A stretch of 11,700 nucleotides of DNA from assembly GCA_041497895.1 (NCBI GenBank), contig JBGQHJ010000152.1, forward strand, positions 1 to 11,700, in the 5' to 3' direction. The position numbers and the translations under genes were made by a program. This DNA comes from Candidatus Methylomirabilia bacterium (GTDB lineage Bacteria > Methylomirabilota > Methylomirabilia > Rokubacteriales > CSP1-6). Positions 1 through 7,150 of the stretch are shown here, one piece after another; position 1 is the first letter of the stretch, and every line of letters begins with the position of its first letter. Under the pieces are notes generated by a model, which did not search any database, had not been told where the DNA came from, and saw only the letters and a list, made by a program, of their open reading frames with translations.

Positions 1-984
<984 letters not shown>

Positions 985-988
<4 letters not shown>

Positions 989-1875
989 TCGCTCGGGCCT
1001 CCGGTTCGACGGGGTGATTCCAGCACTCGCAGCAGCTCAAGCATGCCGATGTGGGCGGGCAAAGGCAAGCCGTCCACGGTGACCTCCGGGCGGAAGGTCA
1101 GGCCGTCGACCGCCCCCGCGTCCACGCAGGCCTGCACCATCGCCTGTTCTTCCTCGCCGGTGTGGAGCAACGGCCGGCCGGTCAGGCGGCCCAGCTCGGC
1201 CACGATGCCGTAGGCGCCCCAGTTGGATACGCCGGCCACCACCAGGTGCCTCACCTTCACCACCGAGGCGATCCGGGGGAACAAGCCACCGGCGCGGGCC
1301 ACCCGGGCGCGCACCGTGCCCATCCCGATCTCGTTGCCGCCGTCGCCCACGCCGACGGTCACGGTACGGGCAGGCGCGACGAGGAACAGCTCGTCGAGCG
1401 CGCCGTTCCACTCGGTGAGCGAGCGGCCGCGCGCGGATCGATACTCGCCGTCGCGGGAGCGGCCGGGGCGCTCGATGGAGACCATGTGGGTCGGCCGGTG
1501 CTCGGCCAGCAGCCGCCGGGCCGTCTCGCGCGCCCCGCGCGCCGCGGGGCCGCCGCCCGCGCCGTGCGTCACGTGGAAGGTCTCGACGGCCGACGCCTCG
1601 CCCAGCACCTTGAGCGCGGCCTGGAGCGGCGGCACCGCCACCGCATCGGTGACGTAGACCACCTCGGCGCCCAGCATCCGCAGCGCGCGGCCAAGGCACG
1701 CGGTGCCCGGCGGGCCGTCGGTCTCGGGCAGGCCGGGGCCCACCGCGAAGCCGGTGGTCAGCAGCACGCGGCGGCTCCGTCGCAGGGCCCGGGCTGCGGC
1801 GGTGGCGCCGCCGCGCACGAAGAACGCGGCGATGCCGCGGCCGCCGGGGTCGAGCGCCATCAGGTGATCGATCAT
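985..1875 (-). CDS. D-glutamate cyclase family protein (DUF4392 / DGLUCY-like)
   Basis: 296-aa ORF with the family motifs DPGGRGI, TTGF, ETDGPPG, SIERPG, GVGDGGNEIGMG, AGVSNWGAY, and GAVDG...TVDG. Confidence 0.88.
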
Positions 1876-1893
1876 CGGAGCGCGGGCGCGGGG

Positions 1894-2394
1894 TCAGCGC
1901 TTCGGCGCCGCGGGCGCCGGGGTGCCAGGCTGGGGCAGCGTGAAGGTCAGCAGCGCGGCCTCGTCGCCCCCCTGGTCGAAGTTCACGAGCAGACCGGACT
2001 TGTAGAAGAAGACGTCCATCTCGTTGTGCTTGGTGATCGCGTCGGGCACGCCCCAGGCCTGGATCACCGTGTTCCGGCCGAAGATCTTCGGCTTGGGCTC
2101 GAGCCGGAGCACCCGCACCACCGTGGGCTTGTAGCCCTGGGGGGTGAGCAGCCCGTAGTCGATCGTCATCCTCTCCAGGCCGCCCGGGGCCCGCGCACCC
2201 TCGTATACCCACCGGACCGTGTCATAGCCGTCCGCCTTGGCGCTGGTCTCCTTGCTGGGCGCGCCGTACCGCGCGCGGACCTGGTCAGTGGTGGTCACGC
2301 CGGGATCGATCGCGCCCCATTCTTCGGCCGCGACGGGTCCTCGGCCGACGAGCAGCGCGGCCATCATCACCCCCGCGAGCAGTGCGCGCCGCAC
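1894..2394 (-). CDS. Exported hypothetical protein, 166 aa, with Sec signal peptide and two BamE/SmpA- or BLIP-like motifs
   Basis: Only the 3' part of the listed 1894..3492 ORF is plausible; the rest is off-frame overlap with the GGT gene. GTG start at 2394, 5 nt after the GGT stop. MRRALLAGVMMAALLVGRGPVAA|EEW reads as a signal peptide. Motifs IDPGVTTTDQVRARYGAP..WVY and GRNTVIQAWGVP..FFY. Confidence 0.8.
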   Translation of the reverse strand: MRRALLAGVMMAALLVGRGPVAAEEWGAIDPGVTTTDQVRARYGAPSKETSAKADGYDTVRWVYEGARAPGGLERMTIDYGLLTPQGYKPTVVRVLRLEPKPKIFGRNTVIQAWGVPDAITKHNEMDVFFYKSGLLVNFDQGGDEAALLTFTLPQPGTPAPAAPKR

Positions 2395-2399
2395 GGCGG

Positions 2400-3995
2400 T
2401 CAGAACCCGATCGCGGCGCCGTCGCCGCGCGGGTCGGCGCCGCCCCGCAGGGTGCCGTCGGTCAGGGTGATGCCGTGGGCGTGGCCCATGCGCATGAAGA
2501 AGTCGGAGACCGGGACGACGTGGTGGCCCTTGCGCTCGAGCGCCTCGCGGGTGGCGACGGGCACGCGGCTCTCGATGCGCACCTGGTCCTGCACGTCGCC
2601 CGGATCGATGGGCCCCGCCACGAAGCGCGGCCGCTCGATGGCCTCCTGGATCTCCATGCCGTAGTCGAGCGCGTTGGTCAGCGACTGGGCGTGGAACATG
2701 GCCTGCCCGTCGCCGCCCATGTTGGAGTAGCCCAGCACCGGCCGGTCGCCGCGCGTGACCACGCAGGCGATCAGGGTGTGGAAGGGCCGCTTGCCCGGGG
2801 CGAAGTGGTTCGGGTGCGCGGGATCGGTGTTGAAGTAGGCGCCCCGGTTCTGGAGCACCACCCCGGTGTCGGGCGCTACCACCCCGGAGCCGAACGACTT
2901 GTAGAGGCTCTGGATGACGCTCATGACGTTGCCCTGCGCGTCCGCCACCACGAAGCCGGTGGTGTCGCCGTCGAGCTCGCCCCACTTGTGCCACTGCGCC
3001 TTCTCCGCATCGAAGGTCCGGCGCCGGCGCTCCGCATAGCTCTTGCCGAGCAGGGCCTCCACCGGCACGCACTCGCGCGTCGGGTCGGCCACCCAGCGGT
3101 CGCGGTCGGCGTAGGCCAGCTTGGTCATCTCGATCAGCAGGTGGAGGTGCTCGGGCGACTGCGGCTCGTAGCGTGCGAGGTCGAAGCCCTCGAGCAGGTT
3201 CAGGCTCAGCAGCGCGGCCAGGCCCTGGGTGGGCGGCGGCGTCTCGTACACCGTGTAGCCGCGGTAGGTGGACGAGATGGGCTCGCCCCACTCGCCCTCG
3301 TGCGCAGCCAGGTCCTCCGCGGTGAGGAAGCCGTCGCGGCTCATGCGCAGGGCGATCGACCGGGCCACGCGGCCCTTGTAGAACAGCTCCGGCTCCTGCC
3401 CCAGCTCGCCGAGGGTGCGGGCCAGGTCGGGCTGCCGGAAGCAGGCGCCGGTGCGGGGAAACACGCCGCCGGGCGCGAAGACGCGATGCCACTCCGGGTC
3501 GACGACCGTCGGCGCCTTCTCGCGGATGGCCTGCGCGACGACGTCGCTGAGTGGGAAGCCCTCCCCCGCGTAGTAGGCCGCGGGCTCGAGCAGCGAGGCC
3601 AGCGGCCGGGTGCCGAAGCGGTCGAGCAGCATGCGCCAGCCGCGGGTGACCCCGGGGACGGAGACCGATCCCGCGCCGGTGCCCGGCACCGCCTTGAGCC
3701 CACGCCGGCCGAGCTCGTCGAGCGTGGCCCGCGAGCCGGAGCGGCCCGCCCCGTTCAGGAAGTGCACGCGCCGGGTGGCCGCCTCGTGATAGAGCACGAA
3801 GATGTCGCCGCCCACGCCGCAGAAGTTCGGCTGGGTGACCGCGAGCACCGCGTTGGTGGCGATGGCCGCGTCCACCACGTTGCCGCCCGATCGCAGCACG
3901 TCCACGCCGGCCAGCGAGGCCAGCGGATGACAGGAAGCCACCATGCCGCGGCGGCCCATGGGCGCCTGGCGGTGCGCGTAACCGATCTGGGGCAT
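2400..3995 (-). CDS. Gamma-glutamyltransferase family Ntn-hydrolase, cytoplasmic YwrD/HpxW-like subgroup
   Basis: 531 aa. Motifs GMVASCHPLAS, GGNVVDAAIA, GVGGD, SVSVPG, ETPPPTQG, AYADRD, the autoprocessing site GD|TTGF, IQSL..FGSG, LQNRG, PGKRPFHT, MGGDGQ and GGADPRGDG. No signal peptide. Confidence 0.93.
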   Translation of the reverse strand: MPQIGYAHRQAPMGRRGMVASCHPLASLAGVDVLRSGGNVVDAAIATNAVLAVTQPNFCGVGGDIFVLYHEAATRRVHFLNGAGRSGSRATLDELGRRGLKAVPGTGAGSVSVPGVTRGWRMLLDRFGTRPLASLLEPAAYYAGEGFPLSDVVAQAIREKAPTVVDPEWHRVFAPGGVFPRTGACFRQPDLARTLGELGQEPELFYKGRVARSIALRMSRDGFLTAEDLAAHEGEWGEPISSTYRGYTVYETPPPTQGLAALLSLNLLEGFDLARYEPQSPEHLHLLIEMTKLAYADRDRWVADPTRECVPVEALLGKSYAERRRRTFDAEKAQWHKWGELDGDTTGFVVADAQGNVMSVIQSLYKSFGSGVVAPDTGVVLQNRGAYFNTDPAHPNHFAPGKRPFHTLIACVVTRGDRPVLGYSNMGGDGQAMFHAQSLTNALDYGMEIQEAIERPRFVAGPIDPGDVQDQVRIESRVPVATREALERKGHHVVPVSDFFMRMGHAHGITLTDGTLRGGADPRGDGAAIGF

Positions 3996-3996
3996 C

Positions 3997-5016
3997 CTAG
4001 CCCTCCGAGAAGATGCGGGTGATCTCGTCCTGCGGGAACGTCGGCATGGGGCGCGCGTGGCCCCCGGTCACCAGGCTCACGCCCTGCGAGGCGTCCGTGA
4101 CCCGGCCGATGGGCGCGCAGTCGATGCCGGCGCCGCGGCAGGCCGCGATCACGCCAGGGGCGTCGCCCGGATCCACCGCGAGCAGCAGCGACCCCGACGC
4201 GATCGTGCCGAGCGGGTCGAGACCGAAGGCTTCGCAGAGCACCCGGCCCTCGCGCAGCACCGGGATGCGCTCGCGGTCCACGCGCACGCCCACGTCACCG
4301 GCCTGGGCCAGCTCCCAGCAGGCGGTGGCCACCCCGCCCTCGGTGGGGTCGTGCATCGCGTGCACGCGCGCCGCGCCGCACGCGGCCCGCGCCTCCGGCA
4401 CCACGCTGATGCCGGGCCGCCGCAGGAACTCCCCCGCACGCTTCACCACGTCGGCGGGCACGCCCCGTCGGAGCGCCTCGGCCGCCCGCTCGCGCGCCAC
4501 GATGGCCGCGCCCTCGAGCGGCACGCCCTTGGTGAGCAGCAGCGTGTCGCCCGGCCGCGCGCCGCCGGTGGTCACCAGCCGGTCCTTCGCGACCTCACCC
4601 AGCATGCAGCCGGACACGATGGCCCGCGGCAGCCCCGCGGTCACCTCGGTGTGGCCGCCGATCAGCGCCACCCCCAGCTCGGCGCACGCCTCGCCGAGGT
4701 CGGCGAAGAGCCGCTCGACCCCGCCTTCCGTGGCCTCGCCCTCGGGCAGCAGCACGGTGGCCAGAAACCAGAGCGGGCGCGCGCCGCGCACCGCGACGTC
4801 GTTGGCGTTGACGTGCAGGGCATACCAGCCGGCCTCGTCGGTGGCGAAGGTGACGGGATCGGTGGTGGCGATCAGGTAGCGGTCCCCCATGTCGACGACG
4901 GCCGCGTCCTCGCCGAGCCGCGGACCGATCACCACGCGGGGATCGGCCGGCGCGACCTTGCCGAGCAGGCGCTCGAGGAGCTGGGGCGGAAGCTTGCCGA
5001 CGGGCAGGGCGGGCAT
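3997..5016 (-). CDS. AIR synthase / PurM superfamily ATP-dependent enzyme (PurM-like family of unknown function)
   Basis: Start is better placed at ATG 5016 (MPALPVGKLPPQLL), giving 339 aa; the longer listed start crosses the AT-rich promoter patch. Motifs GPRLGEDAAV, TTDPVT, HVNANDVAVRGARP, IGGHTE, GARPGD, AMHDPTEGG and ASGSLL. It lacks the HypE C-terminal PRIC and the SelD N-terminal Cys/Sec-x-x-Lys. Confidence 0.88.
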   Translation of the reverse strand: MPALPVGKLPPQLLERLLGKVAPADPRVVIGPRLGEDAAVVDMGDRYLIATTDPVTFATDEAGWYALHVNANDVAVRGARPLWFLATVLLPEGEATEGGVERLFADLGEACAELGVALIGGHTEVTAGLPRAIVSGCMLGEVAKDRLVTTGGARPGDTLLLTKGVPLEGAAIVARERAAEALRRGVPADVVKRAGEFLRRPGISVVPEARAACGAARVHAMHDPTEGGVATACWELAQAGDVGVRVDRERIPVLREGRVLCEAFGLDPLGTIASGSLLLAVDPGDAPGVIAACRGAGIDCAPIGRVTDASQGVSLVTGGHARPMPTFPQDEITRIFSEG

Positions 5017-5025
5017 GGCCCCCGT

Positions 5026-5031
5026 AGTATA
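5026..5031 (-). promoter_or_regulatory. Putative sigma70 -10 box (TATACT) for the left operon
   Basis: agtata on the plus strand reads TATACT on the minus strand, 9 nt upstream of ATG 5016. It sits in a conspicuously AT-rich patch. No good -35 element is visible. Confidence 0.55.
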
Positions 5032-5046
5032 GCCTAGTAATTTCGC

Positions 5047-5052
5047 TATGAT
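5047..5052 (+). promoter_or_regulatory. Putative divergent sigma70 -10 box (TATGAT)
   Basis: TATGAT lies in the same AT-rich patch and points into the plus-strand islet. No clear -35 element. Confidence 0.4.
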
Positions 5053-5072
5053 GGGTGCCCAACAGTCGACGA

Positions 5073-5404
5073 ATGTGGCGAGCATCTTGTGGCCTTGGCC
5101 GGCAGCCTGCGTGGGCCGAAGGGGAAGTGAACTCGTGAGCTCTTCTGGGGTGCTGCGGCTACGTCTCAGCGGAGCATTCTGTTGCCCGGTCCGAGGTGGC
5201 TACTCTGGAGCGAGGAGACCGTGATGGTGGCGGAGACCCCCCATCTGCGCGTGCCGTGGACCCTCCTCCAGGCGGAAAACACCGAGGAGATGTGCGAGGA
5301 GGCGAGATCGGGAGCTCGTTTTCCCGTACCCGACTCGCATGGTGCGTTACCTATGCGTGCCCGAGGGCACGTGGGTGCTGTGGAGGCAGACCGGACTGGC
5401 TTGA
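5073..5404 (+). pseudogene. Degenerate, frameshifted remnant(s) of small Trp/Cys-motif protein gene(s)
   Basis: Protein-like segments occur in shifting frames: MWRAS (5073); LVALAGSLRGPKGK* (stop 5128-5130); PRWLLWSEETVMVAETPHLRVPWTLLQAENTEEMCEEAR (to 5307); then, in the +1 frame, DRELVFPYPTRMVRYLCVPEGTWVLWRQTGLA* (5306-5404). Confidence 0.45.
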
Positions 5405-5421
5405 TCCCGGGAGTCAGCGAG

Positions 5422-5429
5422 TAAGGAGG
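5422..5429 (+). promoter_or_regulatory. Shine-Dalgarno sequence TAAGGAGG for ORF 5438-5662
   Basis: Perfect anti-SD complement 8 nt upstream of ATG 5438. Confidence 0.8.
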
Positions 5430-5437
5430 CCCCGAGA

Positions 5438-5662
5438 ATGAGGCATTTATGGTGGCTCATCCCCGTCGTCGCTGCCCTGGCGATGATCCGTATCTGGTGG
5501 GCAGGACTCGCGGACATCCCGGTTCTGGTGACTCTCGCATGTGGACTCGCTGGACTCGTCTATCTCGCCATGCGCAATCGGGCGCCAGTGCCGCCTCTAC
5601 GGGGCGAACAGGAACGAGACAGGCGCGACGTCCAGCGAGACATACCCCCACCACCAGGCTGA
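5438..5662 (+). CDS. Small hypothetical membrane protein, 74 aa, two predicted TM segments and a charged, Pro-rich C-terminal tail
   Basis: Perfect SD. Hydrophobic stretches LWWLIPVVAALAMIRIWWAG and IPVLVTLACGLAGLVYLAM are followed by RNRAPVPPLRGEQERDRRDVQRDIPPPPG. It overlaps no other gene. Confidence 0.75.
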   Translation: MRHLWWLIPVVAALAMIRIWWAGLADIPVLVTLACGLAGLVYLAMRNRAPVPPLRGEQERDRRDVQRDIPPPPG

Positions 5663-5722
5663 CCCACTACCGAGTCGAGCACTCCCGACGACGGCGCTGA
5701 ACCCCGCCCTCGGGCCGCGCCT

Positions 5723-7150
5723 CTAGAACAGCGGGCCGACGGCGCGCAGGGCGGCGACGACCAGCGGCTTCGGGTAGATCCCCATGACCACCACGCCCAT
5801 CACGCAGAGGAAGATGCAGAACTGAAGGAGTGGCGCCACCGGGATCGGCTCGCGCCGCTCGGGCGGGTCGATGTACATGCGCTTGGCGACCAGCAGGTAG
5901 TAGAACAGCGCCACCACGGTCAGCACCGCGCCCACCAGCACCAGCCAGTAGAGCCCCTGCTCGGCGGCGGCCCAAAACACGAAGAGCTTGGCCCAGAAGC
6001 CGGCCACGAACGGGATGCCGCCCAGCGAGAGCAGGAAGAGCAGCATGCAGAGCGCGAGGATGGGCGAGCGCTGGGCGAGGCCGCGAAAGGCGGCGATGGC
6101 GTCCGAGCCCTCGGCCTGCGCCACCGCCTCGACCACCAGGAAGGCCCCCATGTTCCCGAAGAGGTAGGCGACCAGGTAGAAGAGCATCATCGCGGTGCCG
6201 TTGGCGGAGACCGCGGCGAAACCCACCAGCATGTAGCCGATGTGGGCGACACCCGAGTAGGCGAGCAGTCGCTTGATGTTCTGCTGCGGGATCGCCATCA
6301 GGTTGCCGCCGATGATGGTCACGGTGGCGAGCGCCGCCGCGGCGGGCACCCAGTAGACCACCCGGTCGCCCATGCCCTCGAGGTAGAGGCGGAAGATCAC
6401 CACGAAGCCCGCCGCCTTGGGCGCCACCGAGAGCCACGCCACGAAGGGGGTGCTCGCCGCCTCGTAGGTGTCGGGCACCCACATGTGGAACGGGAACGCG
6501 GCGATCTTGAAACCGAGGCCGCCCAGCGCCAGCAGCATGCCGAGCAGCATCATGGGATGGCCGGTCTCGAGCGCGCGCGCGACGCCGCGCACGTCGGTGG
6601 TGCCCGCGACCCCGTACATGAACGAGAGGCCGTAGGCGAGCACCGCGGAGGAGACGGTGCCGATCAGGAAGAACTTCAGCGCCGCCTCCACCGCCTCCGG
6701 CTCCCGCTTGAGGAAGCCGGCCAGGTAGTAGAGCGGGATCGACATCAGCTCGAAGGCCACGAACAGCAGCACCAGGTCGCGCGCCGAGCTCAGCACCAGC
6801 ATGCCGAGCAGCGAGGCCAGGATCGCCATGTAGTACTCGGTCGCCCGCCGGGCGAAGGCGGCCGCGCGCAGCGGCAGCGAGGCGAGCACCCCGATCAGGG
6901 TGGCCAGGAGGAAGAGCCGCTTGGCGAACAGCGCGAGCTCGTCCTGCACGAAGGTGCCGTGGAACAGCTCCGCCCCCGCCTCGCTACGCCAGGAGAAGCC
7001 GAAGAGGATCACGAGCCCGATCGCGGTGAGCACGCCGACCCGCCGCTTGTCGTCCCCGGACATGAACAGGCCCACGACGAACACCAGCAGCATGAGCAGC
7101 GCGAGGCCGACCTCCAGCACCAGCGGGCTGCCCACCTCGGGCCCGTTCAC
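5723..7150 (-). CDS. nuoN: NADH-quinone oxidoreductase subunit N
   Basis: GTG start at 7150 overlaps the nuoM stop (GTGA), giving 475 aa; the listed 887-aa ORF includes off-frame nuoM sequence. Motifs FVAFELMS, EAALKFF, FKIAAFPFHMWVPDTYE, SVAPKAAG, NIKRLLAYS and GFWAK. Confidence 0.96.
   Translation of the reverse strand: MNGPEVGSPLVLEVGLALLMLLVFVVGLFMSGDDKRRVGVLTAIGLVILFGFSWRSEAGAELFHGTFVQDELALFAKRLFLLATLIGVLASLPLRAAAFARRATEYYMAILASLLGMLVLSSARDLVLLFVAFELMSIPLYYLAGFLKREPEAVEAALKFFLIGTVSSAVLAYGLSFMYGVAGTTDVRGVARALETGHPMMLLGMLLALGGLGFKIAAFPFHMWVPDTYEAASTPFVAWLSVAPKAAGFVVIFRLYLEGMGDRVVYWVPAAAALATVTIIGGNLMAIPQQNIKRLLAYSGVAHIGYMLVGFAAVSANGTAMMLFYLVAYLFGNMGAFLVVEAVAQAEGSDAIAAFRGLAQRSPILALCMLLFLLSLGGIPFVAGFWAKLFVFWAAAEQGLYWLVLVGAVLTVVALFYYLLVAKRMYIDPPERREPIPVAPLLQFCIFLCVMGVVVMGIYPKPLVVAALRAVGPLF

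Noticed and set aside
3997..5016. hypE, selD, thiL or purM assignment
   Set aside because: The HypE and SelD catalytic Cys motifs are absent and there is no supporting gene context. Only superfamily-level motifs are seen, so no symbol is given.
5127..5195. GTG AAC TCG TGA GCT CTT CTG GGG TGC TGC as a possible selenocysteine or read-through ORF
   Set aside because: There is no recognisable SECIS-like hairpin or redox motif. Pseudogene decay explains it more simply.
5693..5721. Imperfect hairpin GGCGC..CCCG-CCCT-CGGG..GCGCC between the convergent stop codons
   Set aside because: The stem is interrupted and there is no U-tract on either strand, so it cannot be called an intrinsic terminator.
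5017..5722. tRNA, known riboswitch, CRISPR array or IS element in the islet
   Set aside because: I saw no cloverleaf, riboswitch consensus, regularly spaced repeats, transposase fragment or terminal inverted repeats with target duplication.
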